In this document: positions 24,422 through 39,504 of the stretch, one piece after another | Numbering within the stretch: the stretch's first letter is position 1 | Layout: every line of letters begins with the position of its first letter | NCBI RefSeq assembly: GCF_001194135.2 | Contig: NC_068981.1 | Coordinates: 144,078,552-144,142,551 of the forward strand | DNA length: 64,000 nt | Direction of reading: 5' to 3' | From: Octopus bimaculoides | Taxonomy: Eukaryota | Translations under genes and position numbers: made by a program | Notes under the pieces: model-generated | Database searches by the model: none | The model's input: the letters and a program-made list of their open reading frames with translations, nothing else | Told to the model about the DNA's origin: nothing

Positions 24422-25728
24422 TACGTATGTATGTATGTATGTATGTATGTATGTATGTATGTATGTATGTAGGGGAGTGAAGAAGAGAGACAGAAATTCA
24501 TGGTGACAGCAAGAAAGGAGGTGTGGTTGCGGAGGGAGAGAAAGAAAAAGATAACTAAATGAGTAAATAAACAAGCGGTGGGTTAGGTTGATTCCTTTGT
24601 GTGAAATCTCTGGCACCCTAATCGTTTGTTTATGCAATACGTAGAAATTGTCTTTCTACACCATTATCGTCTTCCTCGGCGCTGCAGATTGAATTTTCCA
24701 TCTGATTTCTATTTTCTTACTCGCTAACTAGATTGTTATTTCTCAGCTACAACCTTACTAAATAGAGANNNNNNNNNNNNNNNNNNNNNNNNNNNNNNNN
24801 NNNNNNNNNNNNNNNNNNNNNNNNNNNNNNNNNNNNNNNNNNNNNNNNNNNNNNNNNNNNNNNNNNNNNNNNNNNNNNNNNNNNNNNNNNNNNNNNNNNN
24901 NNNNNNNNNNNNNNNNNNNNNNNNNNNNNNNNNNNNNNNNNNNNNNNNNNNNNNNNNNNNNNNNNNNNNNNNNNNNNNNNNNNNNNNNNNNNNNNNNNNN
25001 NNNNNNNNNNNNNNNNNNNNNNNNNNNNNNNNNNNNNNNNNNNNNNNNNNNNNNNNNNNNNNNNNNNNNNNNNNNNNNNNNNNNNNNNNNNNNNNNNNNN
25101 NNNNNNNNNNNNNNNNNNNNNNNNNNNNNNNNNNNNNNNNNNNNNNNNNNNNNNNNNNNNNNNNNNNNNNNNNNNNNNNNNNNNNNNNNNNNNNNNNNNN
25201 NNNNNNNNNNNNNNNNNNNNNNNNNNNNNNNNNNNNNNNNNNNNNNNNNNNNNNNNNNNNNNNNNNNNNNNNNNNNNNNNNNNNNNNNNNNNNNNNNNNN
25301 NNNNNNNNNNNNNNNNNNNNNNNNNNNNNNNNNNNNNNNNNNNNNNNNNNNNNNNNNNNNNNNNNNNNNNNNNNNNNNNNNNNNNNNNNNNNNNNNNNNN
25401 NNNNNNNNNNNNNNNNNNNNNNNNNNNNNNNNNNNNNNNNNNNNNNNNNNNNNNNNNNNNNNNNNNNNNNNNNNNNNNNNNNNNNNNNNNNNNNNNNNNN
25501 NNNNNNNNNNNNNNNNNNNNNNNNNNNNNNNNNNNNNNNNNNNNNNNNNNNNNNNNNNNNNNNNNNNNNNNNNNNNNNNNNNNNNNNNNNNNNNNNNNNN
25601 NNNNNNNNNNNNNNNNNNNNNNNNNNNNNNNNNNNNNNNNNNNNNNNNNNNNNNNNNNNNNNNNNNNNNNNNNNNNNNNNNNNNNNNNNNNNNNNNNNNN
25701 NNNNNNNNNNNNNNNNNNNNNNNNNNNN

Positions 25729-25774
<46 letters not shown>

Positions 25775-28283
25775 TTTTCTTTCTGTTAAGATGTTGCCCT
25801 CATCACTGTTTGATTGATTTAAGCAGTGTTCTATATTTATGTCTTGTGTTTTAGGTATAGGTTTTACTGATAAAATTTATTGTGTGCATCATATAAATTG
25901 TGTTAGGGCTAACTTAACCAAATATCAATATTATAATATTAATTAAGATGGCCAGCTGGCAGAACCGTTAGCACGCTGGGCAACATGCTTAGCAGCATTT
26001 TGTTCGTCTTTACATTCTGAGTTCAAATATCACCGAGATTGACTTTACCTTTCATCCTTTCGGGGTTGATAAAATAAGTACCAGTTGAGCACTGGAATCC
26101 ATGTCATTGACTTATCCCCTCTCACAAAATTGCTGGCCACGTGCCAAAATTTGAAGCCAATATTATAGTATTAATTTACTCAATCACCATCTGGAGTTGT
26201 CCTCGTGCTTGCTTGTGAGCAGATTAAATTAATATTAACTCTTGTGCATGTGTTTGTTTTTCAATGCATGCATAATTATAATCTTAATAAAATAAGATTT
26301 CAGAATTATCTCTCCTACACATGTTGATTAGATTTTAGTGCTCAGCTAATGTTTTCCTTCTCACTGATTTGATTAATTTAAAATATATGACACTCTATTA
26401 AGTATGCTATCACTGATTTGCTTATTTGTTTTCCAATCATGTGGTGTAAAGGGTAATTCGACTTAGTTGATATGGATAGTTTCGTCGAATTGCATTCATT
26501 CATAAACAGTTGTCTCGTTGTATCAATACAGTTGTTCTCAGCGCATTCATAAACAGTAATCTCACTTGTTCTCAAAGCCATGTTTCAGTGGACAAATGAT
26601 GGACCAATTCATTAACTTGGGTGTAAATGATAATGAGCTGGCTTTTGAACATTCAATTTTTGGATGAGGGCATTCCATCACTTAAAATATCACTAGTGTA
26701 ACTTCTGGAAATTTGCACGTTTTGACAGACAAGTATAGAATTCTTTTGTCATCTATGAAATGGCCAACAAAACTGGAATTTTTATTGAGCTTTAAAATGC
26801 TGGTATAACTGACGTATGAAATATTAAAGGATTAAACTGAAAGAATCACTTCCATTGAACTGGTATTGATATAACATATTAGCTTATTATTCCTATGTTC
26901 ACTGTAACCCTTATGTTTCAACTCGGAGTAGAGTTGGATAAGGCAGATTCTTTGATGTCCAGAGATATGTACACGTAATGGTTCCTTGCCTTCGAAATGA
27001 TAGGGAAAAAGTTCTACTGTGTCATAATTTTGTCGGAAGCCAATGTTCAACATTTGTATAGGATTGTAGAATAAAATCTGTTCATATATTTATGTGTGTG
27101 TGCGCGTGTGTGTGTGTACAGAGATAAGGACAGAGTGAGCATGAGCATGCGTGAGAGAGAGAGAAATAAAGAGCAAACGGTTACCCGCACCGGACGGATA
27201 AAGTGTGATTATGTCATGCATGTTCCAGATTTTTATTTTAAACGTGCATAATGTTAAAATTAGTTACTCCTGCCCAAACATCAACGCTTCCCACTACGCA
27301 CGCTAAATAGAAATTCTACACCAACACATCGTCTGTTATAGACACACATCTGTGATTGCTAAAATCAATATCAATTTTTCTCTCCACTGGGAAAATTCTA
27401 CCTTTCTAAGGCAGGGTAGTCTGCTTATATCTAAAGAATTACACGGAACTAACGGCCTTCAGTAAAAGAAATATATATATATACTCTTTGAAGTTCACGT
27501 ACAGGGAAAACTCTACCGCTTTGTCTTGATTTGTATGGTTATTTTGGAACCAGGCAAATTATCTGTCCCGCATAACCTCAAACATGCCCTGAACCTATAA
27601 GTGCCGTATTTGTCTCTGAGAAATTGCTTTTATTAAAGCGATTCGCTGTATCCCTTACTCAGGACACCGAATTTTTACACTGCTGTCGTCAACAGAACTC
27701 CCTACTAGCTAATTTTAAAGCATTAGCTGATAGAACTGGTTTATAATTCTAATGTAACTTTACTGAAATTCTTCAAAATTTTCTGAAACGAAGTGTGAGA
27801 TGATTCTAAACTTTAGCGTTCAGGATCACCATCTAATAAACAATCCCTAAAATACCTAACAACTACCCAATTATTGATTCTATCACATGGCTCAAACTTG
27901 CAAATAGGAATGAACTTTATGCATCATCCATTGTTAATCAGGCTTCTAAAGAATTTGTAGATATTTCACCATTTAGATCGACAGCATCTAAAGAATGAGA
28001 AGTGTTTTTACATCTGTGAATCTTTGAGAAATACATGTATTTCATCTAAATATTTAATCTCTATGACACGCGTTGAACGCTCGTCTGTTCAACTAAGCAT
28101 TTTTTATGGATAAGTTATCATGAATGAATATTTAAATATTCCTCTATCATTGGTTTCATAAGACGCAAGAAGTGAAGCAATCTGAAATGGACATAAAACT
28201 CCACTCTACTCAAAGTATGCAGTATGTTCATCAGTAAACATTTGTTGCTGTTAATAGCTTCATAATATAACAAACTTTACGTA

Positions 28284-28324
<41 letters not shown>

Positions 28325-28456
28325 GTCTGTCTGTCGGTCTGTCTGTCTGTATGTATGTATGATGTATGTATGCATGTATGTGTATGTATATATATATATG
28401 TATACACGCACACACACATACACACACACACACACACGCACACACACACACACAGC

Positions 28457-28488
<32 letters not shown>

Positions 28489-29259
28489 GTTGAAATTTAT
28501 AGAAAAACAAAAGACGAAAACAAGTGTACGAACAACAAACAGGTGTATTAGTTTGACGCTCGGAAAAATGAAGAAGTCTTTTAGGTTTCGAGCCTACGCT
28601 CTTCAACAGAAATAATAAGAGAAAATAAACAGAGAAAAATGGAAAAAAAATACCTGTAGATTTAGCGGTCAAGCATGGCTAATAATTAGAAAAAAGTTTT
28701 AAAGAAGTGGTTGCAAGAAAGGGAGATAATAAAGTGCTGGTGACCTTAAATGAAGATGCGTGTGCGTGAGTGTCTGTGAGAATGGTGTGTTTGAATGTTT
28801 ATGTATATGTGTATATATATGTATATAGCTCCGGATTCAGTCCCGCTTGTCAATCGGTGTTGGTGTGTTTACGCTTCTGTAGTAACTCAGTGGTTCGGCA
28901 AAAAGACCGTTAGAATAAGTACTAGGCTTTAAAAATTGAGTCCTGGGGTCGATTTGTTCGACTAAAATACTTCAAAGCGCTGCTCCAGCATAGCTGAAGT
29001 TAAATGATTGAAACAAGTAGTGAGGTACACATGTTTTGTGACCTGTGGTAACTTTTATTCCGAAGTGTCACATTACTATAGTAAGCCGAAAGTTGTTGGT
29101 AAATTTCAAAACCATTTTATTTATGCAATTCCTTAAATTATTTTGTAACTTAACTTGAACACACTTTACAGAAGCTAAGTTATTTCTGGATAATTTCTTA
29201 GGTAGAACCAAGAACAATGATTAATTTACGTATTATTTTCTAATTCGTCATCAAGTACT

Positions 29260-30260
29260 CATCTAGTCAACAGAGCCATGTCACATACTTGTTCAATGTT
29301 GCCATCAGCACAGGGCGTGATTGAGTGTCCAGTTCTTTTTTTGATGCGTGGAACTTGTGTGAATCGTTTTGAAATTTTCAGTTCATTTATGAACAGTCCG
29401 TAACACCAAAAGACTGTTTCCAGACTGTGTTGAAAGCGTTCAGTGAATTTAAGACTCCGAAGCACACTATATGCGACGGAAAACAGATCAATGAGCGCGG
29501 CTCTTCTGTTGGTGGAATTGAAGTTATGGTGTTGGCAGTAGAGGTGACCTTCTTTCAGCAGTCATTTTTGTTGTTATTGGGCCAGAAAGCCTTGAGGCGA
29601 TTAGTGCTTCTACAGTTGTAATATCGACGCCTTCTACCCTCCACTGCTACCTGCAGTCGATGTCCTCCTAAAACCTCTGTTAGGTTGGAGATTTTGTCGA
29701 GTACATCAGGTTTCACCAGAATCGAAATCTCCGACTCCATCCAACTCTAATTTTCTCAGTGTTTTTAGTTCTTATTAGCAGCATGCTAAGGTTTTCCAAA
29801 ACCTCACTTTTCCTCATCCACCAGAAGTTTAGTTCTGGTGGTATGTTTGAGATTTTTACTCGGATTATTTTCTATCCCAGGTTTAATCGGTATCAGTGTG
29901 AAATCTTCAGTTTGGGGTTAAGAAGTTGAATGTTTCCAGGCTAGTGTTTCCAAATCGAAAATAAGTTAGATATATCCGAAGCTTTAGGAAAGTCCCGCAA
30001 AAAATTCATGTTTTGTCATATGTTACTTAAACATAGTTCAACTTGTTCTAAAGGTATACACTCTAATTTGTGTCTTTTTGTCGATAAGCATCTCTTCAGA
30101 GTTATTTTTCTTCTCTGTTTGGGATTAAAAGTGTTCAAGTATATTGAGCATATTTTTTTCTGTTCTACGTTGTGTTTCTTCGCCTCTTCTAATGAGATAG
30201 AAAGAGCCATTGGTCTAGACAAAAGAAACATTTTTGCTGTGCTTTCACTAATATTGTTGC
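29260..30260 (-). mobile_element. Degenerate LINE ORF1-like remnant (L1/Tx1-type gag knuckle)
   Basis: RVKISNIPPEL...VAVEGRRRRYYNCRSTNRLKAFWP. Codons TAT, CGC and TGG are each one substitution from the C, H and C of a CX2CX4HX4C knuckle. Confidence 0.55.
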
Positions 30261-30908
30261 TGCTGTTGCTCGTATCATCGTCGACGTTGTCGTGGTTGCT
30301 TCTTATTGTAGTAGTTGTGGTGGTGGTAGTAGTAGTTTTCTTTATGCTGCTACAGTATGTTGTTATACCGTCGCCCCAATGGACGAGTTTATTGGGCTGT
30401 CATTTTGCAAGGTTCTTTGTTTGACATGTCATTGTTCTTGCCGTTGCTACGGTTGTTCTTGTTGCATTTATAGTTGTTGCTATTGTTATTTCTGTTAACG
30501 CCATTGCTGCTATTGATATTGTTGCTACTATTTGTAATTATCAATATGACTGTGGTATTATAGGTCTGTGGTATTATGGCTGCAAAAGACAGTCTCACCT
30601 TCAAAATCTACTCTCATCTTCCTGCCTTGCTGACTGAACGGCAAAGACAACGCTATTTTGAAAATTTCTTTCTGCCTCGAAATTTTTTCTTTCGCTCTTT
30701 CAAAATTGTAGAGCAAGAAACAAAAGCGGTCGATCATTCTCTTATGTTTTGGGCAACTAAACAAACAAGGCTGAATAATAAAATCAACAAAAAATAGACT
30801 TCTGATGATGAAAACATGGCACAAACTCACACATCTTTCAAAATACGTTCAGCTTAGGGGATAAAACAACAGCAACAATAATTCTTTCAAATAATAATTA
30901 TAATAATG

Positions 30909-30939
<31 letters not shown>

Positions 30940-30940
30940 A

Positions 30941-31300
30941 AAACACAGGTATCAGAGGGGTGATGCATACCCTGCGCGCACACAAGGATAAATAAAATTT
31001 AATTTTTAAAATGTATTCTCAAATGAATTCATATCGCAACAAAATGACATCAAGAGTTATTTCCCTTGCTTATCGTTTACGCATATGTAACAAAGAAAAA
31101 CAAAACTTTTTGATTCACCCGTGCGCCACTTTTGAAGATAATCAAACCAATATAATGAATTCGAGCTACTCACACAATGAATATTTCTGCCAAATTTGGT
31201 GAAAATCCGTTCAGCCGTTTTCCAGTAATTTTGCAAACATACAAACAGACAAAGACGAGCGACTACAATGCCCTGCTTTCGCTTACGCGCGTAAGGTAAT
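30941..31300 (+). mobile_element. Helitron/Helentron-like non-autonomous element
   Basis: CCAAATTTGGTGAAAATCCGTTCAGCCGTTTT block, ACAAACAGAC microrepeat and subterminal 14-bp palindrome CTTACGCGCGTAAG (31282-31295). The class assignment is an inference. Confidence 0.45.
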
Positions 31301-33769
31301 GATAATAATAATAGTACATATATTTACATAAATGTGTGATATTAGAAGTGACATCGAGTTGCAACTGGAAGCAAAAGGAAGAGAGAGGAAGACATTAGTG
31401 AAATTTGTGGCACACCAATGGGTGGATCAGAGAGAGCTCCATTGGCACATGCTGAATATCGAGGTACACCAGACTGAGGAACAAAGGGAACACTATTATC
31501 ATGCATTGCACTGATACAAACCTAATAGATGACCTCCGACCCAAGAAACGAGATCTGAATATAGATCATTTAGCTATGAATTTTCATGTCTACTCAGGTT
31601 GACTTACTGTTGTCTTTCAAATTCTCAACGCTATTAAAAGTGAGATAAATGGAAACCTATCTTACAGGCTCAATGTTATAATTACTGATAAGACAAATAT
31701 CTACAGGAAACTAAGAGGAAAGGGTTAGATAAGAATTCGCAAAGGAAATTCATAGCATATCAGCTATTTCAGATAATTGCTTTATTCTCCTGATTGGTAC
31801 AGTTGCATTAATCGACCTTTAGATAATTGTTTCACTCCAATATCTAGTCTTAGAAAGATTTCAATTACACAGGTACGTCACCGCTTATACTGTTTCTGCG
31901 GTTCTTTTATCCCTGGAGTGTATTACGATATTTACGTGAAACGTGTGTCGCAAAACAAGTTTAATTACGTATGATCTTTCTTTGCCTAAAACATAACTCA
32001 CAAATTGCCAATAGTTTACAGTGTGTTTCAGCGACAATCCAATGACAGAGATTTCTATGTTGTCGATTGATTTGCTAAATATGGTAACCAAATTTACCTC
32101 CAATCACATCCTACCATCTTTAAAACGTTAAAACGGGTCTGTTTGTATTAGATAATGTCTTAGATACCAAAAGCCATGATGGTCACAACTGGAATCCTTT
32201 AGGCTACGAATTTTCTCGGTCAAGACTGAACTAGAAGTAAAGAACAACTCTTTCTAAATATGCAATGTTAAGTTCAATACCACTTGGATTACTTTTTATA
32301 TCCATTCCATTTTGTACGTATCCAATCTATTTATTTAGTAATTTATTTACTGAACATGTTTCATTCATATCAGTGGACCTCCGTTGGAATTTCTAATCAT
32401 GTGTTTTCAGTTGCTTCATTAACTGGCTTACCAAGTGTTATGTCTCAAGCTACTGTTATCTAGCACCTTCGGATGATCTCTACTCGACTGCTACTCAACT
32501 CCCTACCACGGCCAGACTACCTTTATTTATATGTCTTGGGCGATCCTACTTCTTCGCTTGGGGGTGTCGACACAATACCAAGTTCGTTGAATTAGCGTGT
32601 ATGTGGTTGTGTATTCCACAGATGCACATATCCTCATGTGAAATCAATGTGATAAAGTTGGACCTCCGAAATAGAGCTACACTCGATTCGGCAGGCTTCC
32701 ACACAGTTTCCTTCAACCTAATTTCACTCGCAAAGTAAGGATTGGTTCAAGGCTATAATAGAAGACACTCGATAAAGATACTATGCAATAGGAGTGGACG
32801 CTGTACCTTGTAAGTAAGAAATAGACATCTTAACCAATCAGTCACCTTGCGTCTACTTCAGTAATATACGATGTTGCAAAACAAACAGTTATTCTAATCG
32901 ATGCGATTTATTACCTTAATTATAGTGTTTTACAATCTTTCCTACGTTATCATATATGTACTTTGAGTTATTATTGCATCGCAATTCAATTCTTCTGGAA
33001 ATTCTTCTTCAGCTGCACCAACATCACAATTAATTGAGTCTATCATCCATGATTTAACTTCAAGGGAAAATATATCAGAATCTCTTCTGTTTGTGTCAGT
33101 TTTTAACTATAAGTTGTCTAGAATGTTTCGAGATCCATTTTGTTAAGTGAGGAACAAATTACTGCCAACTCAGGCATGCGGTGAAATATTTTTTTAAAGT
33201 AAATTTACTTGAAATTTTTCCAATTTTTCAGTAAATGCTTTCAATTATGTTTTCAATCAATGTAATGAATTTTCCTTGAAGTTTGAAGTGATACCTCATT
33301 AAGCTTTCGAAATATCTAAGATAGATTATGTTTTATGCCTTCTTTCTCCGCCAATTTTTATAAAGTTTACTATGGTATCAAAAAGGGCTTATAAATCTTG
33401 CAAAGCAATTTCCTTTGCAGAACTGTCTGACTTTCGTATGTAAAAGAAGTCTTTATATATAATTCATTAAAATCAGAACAAAATTTCCAAAATCATACCT
33501 ACTATGTGATATAAGTTTTAATAAATATGCTTATACACTCAGTTTTTGCTACATGATTTGTATCTGTGAATATTACAATATTTTGCAAAGGTGTCAAGAC
33601 ATATTTTTCACAAATGCGCCCTGAGATCTTTATGTCTTTTGACCACTGATATAGTACCACCGATTGAAAGTTTTCAGATAGAATTTTATTTTCTTCAAAA
33701 AAAAAAAAAAAAGATTTCCTAATAGAGTCAGTATTTTTTAGTATTTTACAAATTATACATCTTTCAATT

Positions 33770-34480
33770 TCTTACTTTCAAGGTCGATAAAACAAATACC
33801 AGCTGAGTAATGGCGTCGAGGTAATCGACTCACCCACCTCAAAATTACTGGCCTTGAGCTAAAATTAGAGAGAATAAGAGGGCAAGCTGGCAGAATCGTT
33901 AGCACGCCTGACAAAATGTTTAGCGGTATGTCTTCTGGCTTTGCGTTTTAAGTTCAAATTTTGCGAAGGTCAACTTCGCCTTTCATGCTTTCGGGGCCGA
34001 TAAGATAAGTACAACGAGCACTGAGCTCAATGTAATCGACTAACCCCCTCCCCACAAATTTTAGGCCTTGTACCCACACTAGAAATAAATAAATATATAT
34101 CTACTTTCAATGTATAGTCATTTCTAAAATAACAGAGGTACGCCATAAGAAGGTCCTTGTTATCAACAAGTGTGGACTTGAGAAATTAGTTCTTTCAAAC
34201 TTTGAACTAATTGTCCTTCAATATTCACATACAGTATGGCGGTGAGCTGGCTGAATCGTTAGCACGCCGGGCAAAATGCTAAGCAGTATTTTCCTCAGCT
34301 TTATGTTTTGTGTTCAAATGTCATCGGGGTCGACTTTGCATTTTAATCCCTTTCGAGGTCGATAAAATAAGTACCAATTGAGCACTGAGGGCGATATAAT
34401 CGACTTGCCACTCTCTTAACCTCAAACATTGCTGACTACCTGAAAAATTACTGGCCATGTACCAAAATTTGAAGCCAATA
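33770..34480 (+). mobile_element. SINE family B copies (a partial, about 33880-34085 and about 34238-34480)
   Basis: Same head and body motifs. Other copies at about 12000-12150, 15195-15785, 16400-16700, 20790-20930, 25947-26160, 36055-36250 and 46345-46490. Confidence 0.85.
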
Positions 34481-36570
34481 TTCACAGACGTTTCATCAGT
34501 TCGACCGCAAATTTAAATCGTTACTTAATGTTAAAATCTTTAGAAAATCTGACGGATATTCATGCCTCACAACTGAAATAACAGTTACTAATATAGGCCA
34601 TGTGATCTTCGCTGTAATTCTATGGCAATAGCCATTTTTGTAACAATGTTTGCTATCCATTATGACAGAATATCGGCTTCATTGACTTTTGCAACTATTT
34701 TTTAAACAAAATCTTTAAGTTAGGTTACAGCTCAAAATTGGTTTTCAATGTTTTGGAATACTCAACAGTTTTGCTAGTTTTATCTGTCTGCCTCCGCTTT
34801 CAGTGATCAAGAAAAACTAAAGGTTCTGAAGTATCATTCGAAATAGTACTGTCATATGAAAAACCTGTATAAGTTTCACATAGTATTGGCGACAAGTTTT
34901 CTTTACTCTATTTCACATTTACTCTTTACTCTTTATTCAACATTACTAAGTGGTCATGTATATCATGTAATTACAGTTAAAAATTAACAACGATATATAT
35001 ATATATATATTTAATTTACAATTTAAAAAGGAGTTGAACACGTCATTAGAGGGGTTGTGGAGTTGGAATGCAAAACCTCCAACCTCAAATACACGATTTT
35101 TATCTTCAGTTTCCAAAAAGAATTATAAGATTACGAGTAACGTTCGCAGTTATTGTCTTTTCAGATTTGTTATGATGTCAGTTATACACGATGTTATTGT
35201 AACACAATCAAGAAAGGCTAAAATAAATGAAACACCACAACTTGCATGACTGATATGTTTTTATAAAAAAAAACTACCCAAAACACTTAGAACTGAAATA
35301 TCATCAAGTGAAAATCCAATAGCTTCAACATCTGCTTACCTAGATTTGCTGTAACTGTTATCATCAGTTCCCGATATACAAGTTACCTTCAAAAATTATT
35401 AAGAGAATCTTGACATCCCTTCATCAGGCTACATTTTAATCTTAAACACATCTAATAGCTCTAGTTTGAAACATAAATTCCACTGAAAACACACTATGAA
35501 GAATAACCACGTTATTATTTTAGTAACACAAGCCTATTACGTTAAAATAGCTCCATCCTCTAGAAGTAAACCTATCTGTTATCTTCCACCTTAAATCTTG
35601 CAATGCTTTCAGAGGTAAGTTATATTTATAGACATGTCAACACTCCTTGTTTCTGAATTTCTATTTAAGAAAGCAAATCTTTGAAACCATTTTATCCTTA
35701 AGAATCAAAACCACTGAGGGATTAAATTAAGTGACTAGAAAAGTGACAACGAAGTTATTGTCTCCGTACCGAAATCAAAGGACAAGTGGGAAAAATTAAG
35801 AAGTCCATGCGCTCGTGAAGTAAAATCAGAGATAACACAAGAAGAGCCCGAAAATATCATTTACGTTCAGTACTTATTAGATGAAATATAATAATTCAGC
35901 ACTGAAACGGGAACTGTCATTATATAATGCTTTGAATGATGATCATGCCTCAAAGAAATTATCCTCAGTAGCTTACGACATTATTTGAAAAGACTTTCAA
36001 AATTTTCTTAAACAATTCGAAAATAATTTAATTTCAATGTTGTCTGGATAAAAGATGGTGAGCTGGCAGAGTCGTTAGCACGGCGAACGAAGTACTTAGC
36101 AGCATTTCGTCCGTTTTTTACGCTCTGAGTTCAAATTCCGCCGAGGTCGACTTTGCCCATCATCCTTTCTGGGTCTATAAAATAAGTACCAGTTGAGCAC
36201 CGTGGTCGATGTAATCTACTTACCCCTCCCCTTGTGCCCAAAACTTGAAAGTAATATTGTCTGGATAAATTTTTATGCCCTTCAGTCAAATTCTCCTCCA
36301 CTTTCTCCTCCTCCGAGAATTTCCTTTCACCCTCAGCTGAAAAAACTCAGATCTAGAAAAATCTCCAACAACGAATATTGCTTGACATTTTGTTAAAACG
36401 CAAACGTTTAACATAATGATGAAATACGATCCTTTTTAAAAGTATGTGTGTATGTGTATGTGAGTGTATGTAGTGTGTATGTATGTATATGCATGTATGT
36501 ATATGCATGTATGTATACGCATGTGCGCTAGCGCTCGTGTATGTGTATGTATGTATTATGTGTGTGTGTG

Positions 36571-36601
<31 letters not shown>

Positions 36602-37111
36602 AGCAGCGTGGTGTGGTGTCGACAGGGAGGAATTGGAATATGAGGAAAGTTGCCGATTTGACCGAGATCACCCAGGAAATCAGAGATGTATTAAGTGTAG
36701 TGCAGAAGACAGATATTGGGCTGTTGTAAGGTATGAAACCCATAGTTATTTTGCAAGAACAACAAAGACATATGAGATATTGTGATCACACCAATTTGTT
36801 ATATTGAAAGAAATAACTACAACAGCATAGGCAATATGGCGGATAATTGTGAATGTAAGGCACCACCACAACTTCCATTTATGTTGCTCTTCCCTCCTAT
36901 TGATAACTTTGACTCGGCGTTGTCATTTTTGTGGTTGACAACGTCATAGCAACACAACGAACTTCACGCGGATGACAACTTTCTTTCCCTTACTGTCCTA
37001 TGTCCCTACGTTTATATTTTTCACATACATATTTAAGATTTGTAATGTACATGACCTCCATCACTTGCACTGTCTGTCTGTTTCTCTCTCTCTCTCTCTC
37101 ATTATGTGTGT

Positions 37112-37191
<80 letters not shown>

Positions 37192-37320
37192 TTCCTACAT
37201 GCCCACATATCCTCCTTCTCCGAAAGAGAGAGAGTTTTGAAGAGTAAAAGAGAGTGAGGGAATTAAAAGAGGATGAGTTACAAACAGTAAAAAAGGGAGA
37301 GATAAATGGTAAAGGGAGAA

Positions 37321-37369
<49 letters not shown>

Positions 37370-37788
37370 AGCTAACTAGCTAACCATGTAACTAACTAAG
37401 AAGAAAGATTAAAGAGAAACTGAAGAAGGAAGAAAACAGAATTTGTCGTCACGCAAATTTAAGTGCGCCGTGACAAAGTATTTCAAAATGATTTTCGATT
37501 TCCCACTAAAATTCCAAATTAACTTTGCGTTTTGTCTTTCTTCTACTACGGCTCCTTTTCAACTTACTATTTTCCTCTAACTTTCTACTTGACAGACAGC
37601 AGGATGAGGTTTGGTTGAGATTTGGCTGCTATTCCTCGAAATAAAATGTTATACAAACTTCCCTGTGAAATGGTGAATAATAATGGTTTTAACATTTGGG
37701 GCACAAGGCCGGCAGTTCTCAGATAGTACTTATTTTATCGACTCCGTCTGTTTGTAGTCTCTAAATAAGAAGGCCAACGCACCGATAA

Positions 37789-37825
<37 letters not shown>

Positions 37826-38866
37826 ACGTGGTGGGAAGGCACATGTTTAATCCTTGCTGTTACTTTCGTACCATGGTTTCACACTGGTGTTCGGATATCA
37901 TCCAATATTGCAAAGTACAGAAATAAAGTAGGGGTTTTCGGTAAATTTCCTCAGAGGGAGATAGCAAAATACAAGATGCTGCATGATGTGTAACATCATA
38001 AGAGAGTATATGAATTTCAGAATATCTACAAAGAGATCATCTGAATATTTCTTCATCAAAAGTATGCAGTGCTTCAATATATGAATATTTTCCGTTAATG
38101 GTCGTAATGGTTTTATCGCTAAAGAATGGGGTGATTCCTTCAAGAATAGAATGTGCCGTCAGTTAACTCGCTTTTATCTTTCCTCGGCAGAACAACATTG
38201 GGACAGATATGGTATATTTCTTGTGATGATTTTTTGCAAGCTCCCTATGTTGGTTTAGTTTGCTCTTGCTGTATGGTTTGCTAGGTCGGTAGGTGAAACA
38301 GTACTGCCGTTTTATTTCTCGGTAGTAGTAGCCAGAGAGACAATAACGTCACTCGTGTAGTGATGTTTCAGAGAGCAATTCAGTGTAGAGGTTACCACCT
38401 ATTTGATAACAGTCATTATTAAAATATATAACGTAGAACGTAGAATAGTTTCTTACAACTGTTTCAGCCAAGAGGTCATAGTACCCCCACTTTATTTCCA
38501 TTGCTTCGGTGAAATGAAGTATTTGGTAGATAAGGTTAAGGTAGTTGGGTGTGCCTCTGGGCTTCGTCAGAGAGTTTAGAAAGTTCATAAGGTTAAGTTA
38601 TAAATATAAATACATACATATATATACACACTTTTAAATATACATACATATACATAAATACATATCTATACATTTATATATATATCTATGTATATGCACA
38701 CAAAGGATTCAATTATTATATTATTCTTATGAGATTAAGTATAAACAAAGGAAGGAGAAAATTATCAAGAGAGAAATAATAGTGGAATTTAAATAATCAA
38801 TCTTAAGATTATTGTAGTTTTGTAGGAATGAAAAGATATATAAAAGAGTAATACATATATATATAT

Positions 38867-38921
<55 letters not shown>

Positions 38922-39083
38922 TACGTACAAACATATCCATAGGTATATTTCATGTGTTGAGAAGAGAGGATTACTGCAGTAGTTCGTATTTTTTNNNNNN
39001 NNNNNNNNNNNNNNNNNNNNNNNNNNNNNNNNNNNNNNNNNNNNNNNNNNNNNNNNNNNNNNNNNNNNNNNNNNNNNNNNNNN

Positions 39084-39134
<51 letters not shown>

Positions 39135-39504
39135 ATGCGATATGTTTTCTATTGAGGGCTTGAGATAAATGTCCACAATAAGTGGGTTAGAGTTTATATT
39201 GATACCTGTGATATTAGTCGGTACTAAAAGTAATAAATTTCCGAGTATTAATCAAGATATTTTATTATTTTCCGTTACATTTTGTTTATCGAGTTGCTGA
39301 AATCCTGCGGGAAATGGGGAGGGGGTTATGGTCAGTCCCGTAATGTAATTGGTCATCTATTGTTTTGAAAGGCCATGACTTTAATATGTTTGGTTAATGG
39401 ATAACCGATAACATAAACAACAAAGTAGGCAAAAATATATAAATGTATACAAATAAAAAACAAATAATCCAATGTTATCTATTATTATTATTGTTATTAT
39501 TATT

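Noticed and set aside
28560-28610. Minus-strand TTGAAGA-GC..GCTC-GAAAC hammerhead-like motif (also 38545-38570)
   Set aside because: Stems I and III cannot form in these copies; at most remote relics.
31332-31514. 60-aa ORF with KFVAH resembling TRP channels
   Set aside because: Downstream spacing does not fit, the acceptor is weak, and no partner exons were found.
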